From Callorhinchus milii (lineage: Eukaryota): DNA of 64,000 nt. The notes under the pieces are model-generated. The model was not told the origin of the DNA. It worked only from the letters and a program-made list of their open reading frames with translations, and did not search any database. Shown piece by piece: positions 39,241-54,200 of this stretch (the first letter of the stretch is position 1; each line of letters opens with the position of its first letter). The translations under genes were made by a program, and so were the position numbers. The stretch spans positions 96,908,001 to 96,972,000 of the forward strand of contig NW_024704743.1 in NCBI RefSeq assembly GCF_018977255.1, in the 5' to 3' direction.

Positions 39241-42200
39241 AACCTAGTTCCTGTTGTATCTAGTTAGAATTCCAGGAATTGAATGTTTACTTCCTTTGGT
39301 TCATTTTCATTGCTTAATAATCGTTGCATTGGATATATAGCTTTATCATATCTTAACATCCAAATTTTTTTTCTATGAGGTGTTGCGGCTGTATTAATAG
39401 GCCAATTTGTGTACTGCGATGTCCTACAATCAGTCATGAAGAGAATGACTAATTTTGCTTTGGAAGATTATTGGCCAATAGACTAGGAGAAACTCTCCTC
39501 TCTTTTCAACTTGTGCAAATGACGTTTTAACGTTCCCCTGGACAGGTACATGGTTTAACGTTTCATCTGACATGGGTGCTTTCTCCTCAGAATGTGGTCA
39601 GACATCATAGTGAACGCAGTTGGAATGGGTTCATCTACTAGAATCTGAACACAGAGACCAGCAATGTATCTGCAGCTCGGATCATAAGTCAAGGGCGGGA
39701 GGAAGTTAATTGTGCACAATTGACTGCAGCTACTGAGCTTCACTCACTGATGCTCGAGAGAGTGTGTAGTGCCGCAAATCTGATAGAAATGTGATGGATG
39801 GGGGGAGAATCATTTTTGAGCTTATATCATAAGGTGACGGCAAATTACCAGGTTGGACTTCCTGTTTCTGTGGATTTTTTAATAAATCAACATGTTTGGT
39901 GTTGCGCTTGTGGAGGTTATAGTTGAACTGCCTTTGTTTTCTGGAGATCTTAACATTGCCTTTTAACACATAAAGATTAATCTTTGCTCCCGTCTTGCCT
40001 GTCTACTCCCTCAATTGATGCTGGCTGGCTTGTGTTTTGTGTGTGAGTTTTAATAATTACCTTTCAACGACATACACAAAACAAATGCTTCCCAGCGTGT
40101 TCCCCCAGCATAATTAGCACATCAGCATGTCCCTACAATTGGCCTTGCATGCTACTTGGGCTCCTTTGCCATAGGTTTGCCATTACTTTGCCAGATGTAC
40201 TGATTTGTGTACCAGAGGATGTGACTTGAATGCCACTAATTATGTACGCATCCAAATATTAATTTTCTTAAATGGTCTCATTACTTTTTCAAGTGGAATT
40301 TAATCAAATAAAAACAATTGCAGAATCCCTTTCAATTGTATTATAATTGTTTTTGAAATGAATGCTTAGAGATTAGAGAACTGTTTTTCTATCCTGGTAT
40401 ACTCTATAGATTCAGTATGTTCAGTCTGGGTTTTCCAGCTCTGCTTTACTGCTTTACTTCAATTTAATTTGGCAGAATGTATTTTAAGAGAGACATCTGT
40501 TAGCCATATTTATGTTCTGGCTTGCATTACTCATGTAGTTGCTGTGCTTTATTATATTGCAGCATTATTTTACATTGTTGTTTTATATGTACTTTACTTC
40601 AAATACACAGTCTGCTTCACAGCAAGGGTTTCTATTTGTACTAACATGTGCAAGCATTAAATTGGCCAATACCTGATTGTGTAGGTTTAATTATTGGGCT
40701 GAGTGCACCCTTACTGTATGATTTGTTTTTTTTAAAAAAAGTTACTATCTGCAGCTGGAGGAAGCTGCACCAGTTTCACCCCTGATCAATGTAACTCGAG
40801 AAAATTGATTTGAAATTAAGTCACGCTGAACCATTTTGAAATGCAATTCTGTGAAATGTATTCACTAGTGTAGTCTTACTACTGTCCACAACCTATTGGG
40901 AATTAGCATTTTGTGCGGTAGTGTTTGATTTTCAGCACTAGTTTTCCTTTTCCCTCTTCCCTGAGTAGAGTGCCTCCTTTTCACTTCTGCTGAGTTGCGT
41001 TTTACAAACACCAGTCATTCTCTATTATCTCACCAAAGTGTGAGCCCGGTTATTGCTCCAGCTGGGCTTCTCCTCTGAGCTGCTTTTGTTGCCCATAAAC
41101 TACACTTGTGTGTCCAGCAGGGATCACGTGCTGAAGTGGGAACTTTCAGTTCATGGTCATTCACTTCATAGTTTTTGGGGCGGACATTGCTGAGAGTTAA
41201 ATTGGATGCAGCATTTGCCTAGAACATAGTACTGTACTTTAGAGTAAATCTTGTGTAATGTATTGCATCATATGAGAGGGCATACAGGCTTTCCAGGCCA
41301 ACCTTAATGTTTGGTTTGGACTAGGAAGTTAATTAGAATGACCAACAGCATATCAACACCTCATGTATGTTCTTGTTTATCTTTGGAAGATTTTTCTAAG
41401 TTTATGCAGTATAACTTTCATTCTGGCGTTAGGTCTGAACATAGTTGAGAATCTCTGTCAGGAAAACCTTCCTCTTTGACCGTGCTTACAGTTAACCCCC
41501 GCCCGAGCTTGGCATCAGGTTCCACCACTGTCTAGCGCCCTGAGACACTACCCTGTGCAAGGAGCACTATATAAATGCCAGTTGTTGTCAGAAAATCTTT
41601 CTCGACATGATGAGTTGTAAGAAGAGGCAGTGCACTGCTCTTAATGAAAGTAAGGATGTGAAGGGACATTGAAACGAAAAACCGAAATGTCATTCAGAGA
41701 ATCATCTGCCATGATCTAATAAAAGCAGAAAGACTCAGATGGCCAAATGCTTTTCTCCTGTTTCCAGCATCTCTTGATGTACAAAGGTGCAAGAGTTATT
41801 TTGAAAAATAATTATTTGTCAACATTCGCTCACTTCGCTCAAGACCGACCTCTTTGACCGTACTTTGTCATCTTTCCCCTCCCTCCCCTCAGCTTTCACT
41901 CCCACCTTGGACACCCAGCCAGTACTATTGAGCACTTTGCGACTCCTCTTGACATGAAAATGTAAACTTATATTGTACCATTGAAAATGTGCTGTGTTCA
42001 ATGCTAGTAACTATAAAAATAATGAATCTAAATATTTTTATATTGGACTAAATTTACAACAGAGGTGATATAATAGGAATTTGTAAACCAAAATGAAACA
42101 AATGCTATTGGGGTTACTTGAATATTTATATAACTACAGTTGATGAATATGATTTATGGAGACCTGGAAAGGTTAACACCTGTAAAGAAATGTTGCCAAT

Positions 42201-45200
42201 AGTTTTGAGCTTGGAATAAGATTAATGATTTAATTAAGAGCCTGGGGCCTCAGGACATCTGATCAAGTAACATTTATTCTCATAAGAAACGGGAAATTGT
42301 CTGAAATAAGAGGGCTATGAGTATTGCCCCTTGTTAGATTTATGGATCAGATACAGTGTAAGTCATCTGATGAGTGAGATTGTAAATTGTCTAGTATTAA
42401 CAAGATTTTCAGAAAGGATGTATGCACTTACATCAGCAAAGATGTACTAACAGATTGTGGAGAATACTTTGTGTAGTTTGGAAAATCTTGTTTTTAGGAT
42501 ACTTATCTACTCACAGGCCTCCGCTATGGCAGCTGTGGATCCAGATACTGGAAGGTTCACGCTCCTGAAACTGGAGACAGGAGAAGGCCATTGAGCTGAG
42601 AAAGGAAGATTCCAAAGAACCTATAACCTCTCACTAAAGGTGTTGCATAAATACCATCTGCACTTGGGGGTGGGGTGGGGGGCTCTCTTACATTGGACCT
42701 AAGACATGATCGCTCAGTGGTAGCTTGTGTGCTGCTGTTCTCCTGTGTGTTCTATGTTAATTTGATGCAGGTTCCTTGAGAAAGTAGTTTAGAAATCCTT
42801 CAGAAGAGTACCTCCAGTCTTACAGCAAGCCAGATTTATTTGAAAATTAAGGCTTAAGGAAGATCCAATGGACAACTCTTAATATTAACAGCAGAGCCAG
42901 ATGACAAAAGAATGAACTGGTGTTCAGTTTTTAGAAGAGATAAGTGGATTGATATAAATGTTATAGATTTTTATATATATATATATAAGCATTATGACTC
43001 TTGTGACTGTGTGAGCGGTAGTAAAAGTGTTGGGTGCTTTTAACCTATATTAGACTAAAGAAACAAAAGTGAAAGGGTAAAGAAAATCAGACTGATTTAG
43101 CACACTTATTCGTCCTCTGACTTTGCACGCTTCATGTTCATCCGCCTCGGGGATTGGGTTTTCAGTGTATCTGCCCTCTGGAATTCCATCCTGGAGTTCC
43201 TTTGACTCACTGCTCCCGTTGCCTCTTTCAAGGTCATATTCAAGATCTGCGCTTTTGGCCATCTTCTCCACCTCCAGGGCCTTGGCACAGGATCCTGCTG
43301 TGAATGGCGCTATATAATTATAAATTTGTATTGAGTGAACTGGATTAATACCTGCTTAAGAAAGATATTAAGTTATAAAGGTCAGCTAGATCACACTCTT
43401 TGGTACTCTGGTCCGATGATCCAAGTGATAATTTATTAAGGTCCTAGAATTGTGCTAGATCATCGATGAGGAATTTTATTCATCAAGATAAGTCTGGATG
43501 TTGCAGACTTGATGCAACAAATGGCTTTCTCTTGTTCCCGAATTCTTATGTACTCATGGTAGTGTGTGCAATCATGAAATGTTCCATGCCTTTCAAGAAG
43601 ACTGATGTAATAAAGGTTATTTAGTGTAGTATCCTTTGAGTTTCCTTTGAGAAGTACAAAAGTTTATAATTTATTTCAACTGGGGTTTGGATCACATTTG
43701 GACTGTGGGCATCTTAGAAATTCTGGCAGGGTGAAATGTTGAAGGGTCTACTTTTAGGTAATGAAAGATTAAAACTTAGTATAGCGTATTTAACCTTAAA
43801 ATCAACTCCTGATAGCTTATCACTCCAAGGTAAAGAGCTCAGTGACGAGTTATCTGGAGTGGCAAGTTAGTCACATGTATGAATAAATGGAGCCAAGATA
43901 TTGACAGCATGATGACTTAAGTGGCAGTGACGAAGTTAAGTCAGGGTCAGGTTACCAAGAGTTTACTGTGTATTTGTTGCAAATGTAAGCATGGCATCTT
44001 CTGTTTTACAGGAGATTATATATAATTTTGCAATCCATGAAAGCTCACAGGTACTGTTTGGGACTTTGAGGAGTTTTGCATTCTTGGTCTTTGTTTCCAA
44101 TTCGTTCCTTTTCCAGCTTTGCAGCAAACCAGTTCTTCAGTTGAAGTCAGTGAATGTATCCTACATTCCATGATTTACAACAGTTTCTTGGTATTGATTT
44201 ATTCAAAGATAACACCAGATTTATTAGCTTGCAATGATATTAAAATCCTCTGCTATTAAGCCATGGCATAAGTTTCCTTTCCTGCTTAATTTCTGGTAAA
44301 TTTTTTTTGTGTGTGGGGGGATAAATGAAAATTAGCAATATATACTATGCGTAGACACTGGGTGTAATAAACATGACTGAGGCACAATCATTATGAAATA
44401 TTTTATGAGAAATATTTATTTTTGTTTTTGACACATAACCCAAATATCACACAGCTGGTGTCAGCATATTGTTGGTTCACTTGTGATGTGATTATTGTTG
44501 ACAGGATACCTCACCATGTATCTGACAGGATTTTGTGCTGAGAAGACTGTTCTCTTGACCCTGCCATGTTGCTCGGAATCTCATCCTTTGGAAGATCTTC
44601 ATCCAATCTTGGGCACTTCCATTTTTTAAATTATTTTGTCCATGGGTCTGTGATAAGGTTGGATTGTGTGTAGGATGGAGTCTATGATTGAACAAGGTTG
44701 TACAGTTTAATGGGGATTGATGTGAGCCCCATGCTTCACTGGCTCTGTTCACCAACATATCGACCCTACTCTCCTGCCCACCCCCTTTGTTAAATGTCAG
44801 GCCCTGCTCACCCTCGGGCCCACCATCAGTGGCCAAGCTTTCAGCCGTTATGTCTCACTCTCAGGAATGCTCTCCCAAAATACTCTACCTCTCCCAGGCT
44901 ATTCTGTATCAAAACCCTCCTAAACAATTGCCAATTCAATCTGTTTGGGGAAATTCAACATGGACCATGAAGTGGGTGGAGGGTGGGAGGAGAGAAAGAG
45001 GCTAAGGTTAGATGTCCTCTTCCAAAGTAGCGAATTTAACTGGCTACGTGGTTTTATATACCATCCCATGTTAGTGTTCTGAAGTTGATTTTAATAGGCA
45101 CTGGTGGAGAAATCTGTGGAGTGATTGCACAATAGTTGCATTTTAATCTTCTTGGGATGGACTGTTGGTATTAATGGCTTAATGTGGATTACGTTCTGAT

Positions 45201-48200
45201 TTAGAGACTTGATTATGACTTGGCAACATTTCTGTTGATGGCACTGTGGTGAGTTAATTATGTTCTGCAGTGATTTCATGAACGTGTTGTTGTAGGATTA
45301 ACCTGTGCTGTTGGAGCAAGTATTTGATATCCGATTGCAATATAAAACATAAATTCTAAGTATAAATCTAGGTGTCTTTATCCTAATCAAAATAATTTAA
45401 AAAAAGTTTAACCAATGTTTGCTCTGAGCTTTTCTGCCAAGAGTTTGACTTCAGCAAGTTAATAGCTAAAGGTCATGTGTAACTACATGTAAAACAGTAA
45501 ATGCAGAAAAATAAATGGAGCAAAAAACATGTAGTCAAATGAAAACTTGACTGTCACTGTTTTGTGAGGATGGATGGAAGGAGAAGACAAGGTTTGTAAA
45601 AATGAGGCCATGCCTGTATGTTTATATTGGATTTCTTATAATTTCCTGTCCCATTTTAAGTAATCTAATCTGAATAAATAGATCTGATGATCTATTACAG
45701 TATGAAATCATTGCGGCATTTTCACAGTTCATGTCAATCCCATCTTTCAGGCAAATGTGCAAAAAGTCTCTGAGGGTTTTGTTACATACAACATTTTCAA
45801 TCATTCAAGCATGGCCCCAGCAGCACCAGTCAGAATCTTGCACCTTTGAAGATTGCTTCATCTCAGTCTCACTGTGAAACCATTCATATAATATATTTTC
45901 AACCGGATATTTATTCAGATTAGGTGTTCGGAATTCATTACGTAGTATCAACTGCTTTTCTTAAGTTTGTTAACTGCTGTACTCTATTCTACCAATCCTA
46001 ATCCCAGCGATTCACAGAGTAATTATGGATGTAGGTTTGTTGTAAAGGCACAGTTCACAGCCATATTTACCAATTACCCTTACACAGCTTATGATAAGCA
46101 ATTTAAATAATGTACATCTACAGTTCAACTTTTGTTGCTCTGCAGCTAAAATCTTAGTGATGTGTTCAAAGTTGCCATGGAGTACTGTATTATGGGTTTG
46201 CAGTAAAAGGGCTGTCAAGTACTATTTGTGTGTGAATCTAGCACTGGAACTAGGAAATGACTTGTATCTAGCAGAAAAACATTTACTACAATTTATGCAG
46301 GAGCTAGTTCTCATTTTCACATATACAGTACAAATGAAAATCTCCCATCGATTTCACCAAATTTATGTTAAGAAGCAGATTTAATCAGCAATTGATGTGT
46401 TTTTTTGTCTGTCCTATAAAAGTTGCACCAGACCTAACCAGGATGACGTATTATGAGCCTGTGTGAAACCGTTCACACATTAATGTAATCTATAGCACGT
46501 GGACTGCCATCCCTTTCCCCAATGTAGCTTCACAGCTACATTGCAAGAGTGTTGGATTCCTGAATGAGAGGGTACAAGCACTTTGAATCTCATTGACTGG
46601 TTATTTGCATTGAGGTTACACCCCATGGAGAGATTTTGCCATTGCTGGGCTGGCTTATGTGAAGACATGATGGAGAGCTAAGACGTTAAACTAGACTTCT
46701 CCCCATTTGAGGATTGTTGCTTAGCTGCAGAATTGAGGAAAGAAAACTTGTGCTACATTTGATTTGCAGCAGTGTTGTTAACTGCGACCCTTACTTCAGC
46801 AACCTTGCGGCAGTGTAAATGAGGTTGCATTGTCTCTGGAAGCACTCGTTTCAGTCACTTTCTTAAATGGATTTTCATCCCGTTTTGCAAACAGCAGCAT
46901 TTGAGAGAGTGATAATAGCCTCTCCCACTGACTCCAGTAGCCCCAGTTGCCCTGCTTTTTTTCCTTTTTGACCTGTGTGGACTTTTCCCCAAACTGTAGG
47001 GAAGGTCTCAGGCAAAAGTCATTATTTGTGGCTTGGAAGCAACTTTGTCACACATTTCCACTTTGCTGCTGCTGTACAAGTTTTGCCTAAGGGTACCACA
47101 TGACCACTTTCAATGGTACTGAGCCTAAAATATAAAGACTCGCCTGAAAGTAAAACTGTACCTTAATGCAATATTGTGCATGTGCGAATTTATTGGTACA
47201 ATAAATTATTGCTCTGTAAGATATTGTTCTAAAAAAGTATAATCCATGACTCAGAAATGGTGCATAATAATTAAACAGCAAAGGCAGGAAAAGAAATCTC
47301 CGCTCAATATAGCGAGTCTTCGCAAAAACTAGCTGCATTAATTTGCACTGGGCATTGTCCCAATGAGAAATGAAACCGATGAAGTGAATTATTTTCAGCA
47401 GTGCACACCCATTCAAGACTCTAGTTTCAGGACATCTGTAATAGGGGTTTATTCCATTTCAATCCTGTGCTGGAAAATGCTTTGAAAGAACAGGCTAACT
47501 TAGAGATCATTCATCCCTTGGCTGCAGAGATGGGGTTGCAGTTGGCAGGGGGATGCTGCTGATGCAGAGACTTGGCACAAAATAAAGGCTTCAGTGTTTG
47601 TTTTAGTTGGCCTGCATTAGCCCCTTGTAAAGTAAACGGAAATCCCTTTTCATATGATCTTGATTTGTTGAAAACATTTAATTGATGAAATGTACTTTTG
47701 ATCAGTAAATGTACTGAAATGTACTTTGGAAAAAAAATAAGATAGTGCTAGGGAGTGGGACTTGCTGTGCTCCAGAAAGTTTTTCTGAGCATGAAAGACT
47801 AAGGTAATAAAAAAAGAAATATTCTGATGAGGTAAAATTGAGCAGAACCACCAATGCTGTTGCAGTACAGAAAATAGAAATCATCTTTGAATTCTGACTT
47901 GTCTGTAAATCAATTCTCAACTATAACTTGTCAGCTCAACAGCTGGGATGTGCCTTTTCTGATGGAGTTAAATGCAAGGATTATTAATATTTTTAACTAT
48001 TTGCCACTGAATTGTTTTAAAATACAGTGTTTTAACTTTTCTTAAGCCTCTTGTATTCTGTTTCCCCTTATTAAAATTAATATTGGCCCGAAACAGGGAT
48101 TCATTTCTGCTTTCCAAAATATTTTTTTCTGTAAAAGACCGCTGTTTTCTTTTCTCACACAATTTATGCGTAGCATTTTGGCTCCTTTTTGATTTACTGT

Positions 48201-51200
48201 ATTTGCAGCTTTTGAAACCAGGGCTGTTTCTTCTCCCTCTGTAAATTTGCATAACATTCAAATTGTGCTGTTACGTGAAGGCCTGCACTTCAGTAGTGAG
48301 TGTGTCTACAGCACTGATTGATGCCAGCCTGTGAAAGGTCAGACTTTTGTTCTGTATTTCAACGGGTCAGACTTAGCATCTGTTTATTTTTAAAAAAATA
48401 ACTGTCAGAGTTTCAGATATGTTTGCCAAAGCTGTGAAGTGTGAAAAACAGCAGTAGAATATCAAAAAGGAGACATAATAATGGGATCTAGAATTTTGAT
48501 GAAATTTGTAAATTATTGGTTATTATGACAGATCTGAACATGGTATCTGAAGGTTTTTTTTAACACTTATTTTTGGAATACCTTTCTGATGTCTTCCTGA
48601 AATTTCCTTTGTGAGGAAGTCGTTTGTGGTGTAAATCGGAAGTTACCATTTAACCGAGTGTCACAGAGCAAAGTTAATGAGCCATGCAGTACTGGCTGTG
48701 AATTTGTAACAGTCTGCTGTTTTTTTTGTGTGTTTGGCAGATGCTGACTTAGAGCAAAATAGTCTTCAGTTTAGATGATGGCAAAATCTTCCTGTGTTTA
48801 TAAATTGTCTGAAATGGCTTTACCTAAGCACTCACACATATGTGCAAAGGATAGGAAAGGATGATCTTGTGGCTGAGGAATGTATACAGCTGTGAGATTT
48901 GGTCATATCAGATGTGACGAAGATTTGAGGATGGAGGGACATTAAATAAGGCAATTAATTCTTTGCAAATAGCAAGTCGTGGGAAGAGCTAACTGGATTT
49001 TTTTTCCCGGGGTGAGACTTATGCTCAATGACTTTTGCATGAAGTATTTGTGAGTGGTGAAAAGGATTAATTGTAGACTCGATGTTGCAGCCAGATAGTC
49101 TGGGGTCTGCTGACTAAAATCACAAAGACTTGATGCATTCTGCTCCTTAAGCAGGTATTCAAAGTTTGGGCATTAAAAAGAATAGCTATCCATCTAATTT
49201 AGAGAGTCCCTCATGTCCTGCTTGTTGAGAGAAATCTAATCACATTGAACTCTTGAGGCTTTTTTTCAAATTAACTTCACTGAGCTGGTCTTTTTGGCCA
49301 CTCAGCTCGTTCAGGTTTTGGGTTCACTGATGTTGCTGAGTTTGGTATTTGGCAAGTTTCACCTGTTGAAGAATCTCATCGGGCTTGAGCATTCCATCTC
49401 CTCAGCACAATACATACAGAGATTTGTCCCAAAGTATTTAAGGATCTCCTATCATTCCCTTGGGATACTGAGGTAAATTCATTTTATTAAGAAAACCTCC
49501 AGTTTACTTGGTAGGGATTATGATTGATGGAACCCCATACAATGTTCAACTCAGATTATTGGGGTGGGAGAAAAAGAAGGTTGGGGGACCAGGGTATAAT
49601 TTAGGTTGGTTTGAGGAATATTGCCAGATATAATTCGTCCATCTTATGGTTTGGATGAAACTATTTTGTTAAATTGTACTCTGCATGTATAAATTACAAG
49701 ATCTCAAAAGGGGGATTAATGGATGTATTTATTTACACAGAAGGTAAGGAAAGGGCCCCATAGCCCATTTAATCCCATCCTTCCTGAATGCTTACCCCAT
49801 GTCGTCTCATTACAGCATTAAACTGTTTCTTAAATTAGTGTTCTCGTGCGCGTATGTGTGTGTGTGTCTAAAATTGTCCTTCATAACCCTGAACCTCTGC
49901 TTACTTATTCCACAAGAATCCTTGTAAAAAATTAGTCCTTGAAAAATTATCTTTAATGCTTGGCATGTCAGAGTATTTCTCTGATTTACATGTTCTATTT
50001 AAAACCTTGGATCTATTTAATTTGCCCACCGCCTAAAATTGGGAAATTCAATCTTTGTGCTGCACCAATAACATTGCTTTTTGTTCTACGACGTACCTAG
50101 GTCAAGAGACTGAAGTGAAATGCAGTATTTTGGGAGAGGAGATAGATCTACGGTTACAAAGTCTTCAAAGTGTAGACTTACTTTGAATTTTTTTTCTCAT
50201 GAGTGTAAATTTGAGCAGTAAGTTTGGTGTTCTTCAGTGTAATGAATGCGTAGTTTGGTCAATTTTGAAGCCAGTTTTATTTTGATGTTTGGGATCTAAA
50301 GCAAGAAGAAACAGAGGAGACATTTCCTGTCAATTTAATCCTGCCCCGTTCTGAATGGGCTCTGCGAAACATGAGTACAGGGGATCTGTTGTTAAGCTGC
50401 AGGGCTCTGGAATGTGGCGCCTGCCTAGAAAATGTTGGTCTGCAGTTTGTTTTGAAACCTATTGATGATTTTTTTTCTCTCTTTCACTCCCTCTTCCCCT
50501 TCATGTTCTGCGTTACCATACCAGTTAATAACCTACGGGTGTAGGAGAGCAAGAAAATGTTTTTTAGTTCAGTATTTTTAGATCGGAAATAAGCTTTTTA
50601 GAATGCATTAATTTGGAATAACATTTACATGCCTCTCTGTCTGCCCGTCTTTCTATGGTTTACTGTTCCATTACTAATGGGCCGTTGAAAGTCTGTTTTC
50701 CCTGAAACCTATTTCAAGAACAGTTTATTTTCCCTTGCTTACAATTATGTCTTAAAGGAGTTTAGTCTTTAATGTATTAGGCTTGTTATCCAGTACTCCC
50801 ATTGCAAACCACTTATTACCCCTCCTTGGGCTAGAACACATTTAATTGAGTATTCCAGTTTTCCTCTGAACTTCTTGGGTGCCAAGCTGGGTGAGTGGAA
50901 CAACTTTACTGCTTGGCCATTACTGTGACAGCAAATTGAGCGTTTTCTTCACTGAAACTGTTTGAAACTTATTTTGCACCTTTTTAATAGTTTGTCCAGA
51001 TCGCTGTACATTTTCTACTCCATTAGCTATGGAAACTATTCCTTCTTTGGGCACTCAAACTGCAGTACCTCCGAGGAATTAAGTTCTGAATTTTATGGGA
51101 ACAACACTGTGCGTGCTTGCACAAACAAATGTAGTCTCTCACCCAAAGCCTGTCCAAGGGCATTATTTTCCTACACTTAGTGTCCAGTGAGCTGTACTTT

Positions 51201-54200
51201 CTCCATTGATGCCAAATATAGATAGTTCAGATCAAAATCTCTAATCCCAGATATTTTGTTAAGTGCATTTTGAAGCTTGCCATTTTTAGTCTGTTTAATT
51301 CAGAGGTGTGTGATTCCTGAACTACTTTGTAAAGTAACTCCAGCCCTAGTCCCTGCATCACTGCCTGCTGAAACAGTCATTACACTTACCAGTAAAATGA
51401 GATTTTCAATGTCTTGGCCAACAAATTCCCTCCCCCCCCCATCCCCCAACCATTTAAAAATAAGGTCACTATTCCATGGCTGATTGTGGGACATTGTTGT
51501 GCGCAAACTGGCTGCCGCATTTTGCCTGGACATTTTGGGACATCCTCCTGACGTGAAAGGCACTTTACAGACGTAATTTTGTTGTTGTTGCCTACAAAGT
51601 ACACAGTGAATCCATTTTACAGTATATCCTGTGAAGCACTTTGAGACATCTCGATGATGTGATAAGGCGCTTTTTCAAATGTAAGGATTACTATTAAGTT
51701 TGGGATACTCTACCTTCTAATAAAGGCATGACATCTTTCCAGGACCACCAGCGAACTTTGTACAGTAGAGTATCCCAAGGTCTGGTGCAAGACATCAACT
51801 GACAACCTCTGACACAGAAGTGAGAGTGCTGCTAACTAAAATTATTCAGTACAGGATGGGTGGTCAATAAAGTGTATGCATACCAGACTCCAAATCCGAT
51901 TTTCAATTCCAAGCTGCCGGGTATGAGGACCTCCTCAATTTATCTTTGACGTTTACAGTTTTAAAGTTATACCCTGATCTGCTTAAGCCACGATTTATAT
52001 ACTCCACAATTAATACACTGAACAATTTGCATTTTGAAAGGTTGCACTCCACCTTCATTCGGATGTTTTCAGAAAAAAAATTGCTGCAGTCTTCCTTTAT
52101 CAGGATATAATCAACACTATTAATGATTTAACTATTAATATTAATGCTCTGGCTCGGCATCGGGCTCCGCCATTGTTAAGTGCTCTGGGACGCCGCAAGG
52201 CGTGGAGGGCGCTATACAAATGCAAGTTGTTAGTGATTTCACGGGTGAAAGGGTATCAGTATATGGATCTTTTGTTGCTGCCTTGTATTCCTTTACATTG
52301 TGCAGTGTATCTGCCATTTTCCAAGTATCTACTCTCAAATACAGATACTGGCAATTTGGAGCATTTTTTCTGATATCTTTTCTCGAGTTCATCCTCGTAT
52401 GACAAGCACGAGACATATCACCTGATCCTCTGAAATTCCTTACTCATTTTCCCCTTGAATTCCACGGGAAACACTGATTATAGATCGGTATAAAAGTGTG
52501 GTCGCCATGTAAAGAGGTCACTGCATGGTATAATCAACCTTTTGTCCTTTTGCTAAAAGTGTGATACAACAAATCTGGTAGATTTATTGCACTGCAGCTC
52601 AAATCTGGCAAAGAGTCTGTTATTTGGATTTTTTTTCCCAACTTGGTTCACAAGTTGCACTCAGCCTGTACTACAGTTTTGGTGGCTTCTGTGTCCTGAA
52701 TCCTCTGCTCCACCTTCGGCGGCCGTGCCTTCAGCTATTACGTCCCAAAACCTTGGAACTCCCTCCCTCAACCCCTTCGCCTCGCTGCCTCGTTCCCCAT
52801 CTTCAGATCCCACCTGAAGACCTTCCTTGTTGACTGCGCCTACAGTCACCTTCCCCCTCCCCCTGGCTCGGCCTCGGGCTCCACCGTTGTTAAGCGCTCT
52901 GAGACGCTGCCTGAGGACGCTATAAAAGTGCATATTGTTGTTGTGTTCTCTCATCATTATCATCAATCAAACTGGATGCTTCAGTTTTGCAGACTGGCTT
53001 TGGACCACTGTGATAGCAGTGTCGCTTGGATACCTTCTGAGTTGTATAGTGTAGTGTAGTTCCATTTTGAACTGAACAATTATCTAAATTCCTGAGGAAG
53101 GGTTTTTGCTTTGGGCTTTTGGATTACTGTCCTGGAAATACTGTCTTGACTAAGCAGAATTTGCAGTGGGCCCTATGCCTAAAGCTGTTCAGTTTGTGGT
53201 TGCCTCATTACCTAATGTGTCTCTAAACCACCTCCTCTCTCCCTCTCTCTCTCTCTTTCTCTCTCTCGCTCGCTCTGACTTTGGGCAAGTATAATGTTAG
53301 GCAGATTCTTCCAAATAAGATGATTGGTAACAAGGTGTATGGTGCCAATATTCACTTACTTCACAAAACTGGCTGCATTTTGGTAAGCTCCATCCAGCCA
53401 GTGATGTTTTTGGTGGAGGAGGTCATGCAGAATGCCAAACCAGGGGGAGAGAGAAATCCTTTACTTGGACGTCTGGGCAACCACTAAAACATCACTACTA
53501 TGCAAACATAGCTGCTCGGGCTCTCTGAAATATCCATGGAAAGCTTGTTGAAGGCCTTTTCAAAGCTTTTCATGAAGTAAATCATGTACGGCACAGAAAG
53601 ATTCATTGGATTGAGCTGTTCCTAAGCATCAACCTGGTTTTGATAGGAATCTTTTGAATACAGACTGGCAAGGATGTGCACAGCAAACTGAGAGTTAGTT
53701 TTGCAGTATTTGCTGGCATATTTTTTGTCCTTATAAAAAATTATTGTGGGTGAGAATAGTAAAATAGTGCTTCTTGCTCAATTTATCTGTTCTTGTGGAG
53801 TACTGTATGCTTACTGTATTACAATGGTACGCTGTACCTAAACAAAATAAGAGGCCAGGAATTACACCAGTCTTAACCTGAAAGAAGACCGTTTAGTCTT
53901 TAAATTTAAGATCATACAGAATTGTGGGAAATACTAAGATTCAGTCCTAACTGGAACCTAAAACTGACTTCAAAATTGACTGAATTGAAGAATTTGCCAC
54001 AATTTGCGATAGACTCCACAGTGAATCCTGTGAAGCGCCTTTTGACTTCTCCTGACAGGAAAAGTACTTTACCAAGTGCAAGGATTATTATATATTATCT
54101 TAAATTTTAAGGCAAAATGCCTTTTTTGCTAGGTGGAATTTCAGGTCTCAGGTGCCTTAATGTGGACACTTTTTTCAAGATGTTAATTAAGACCAGAAAA

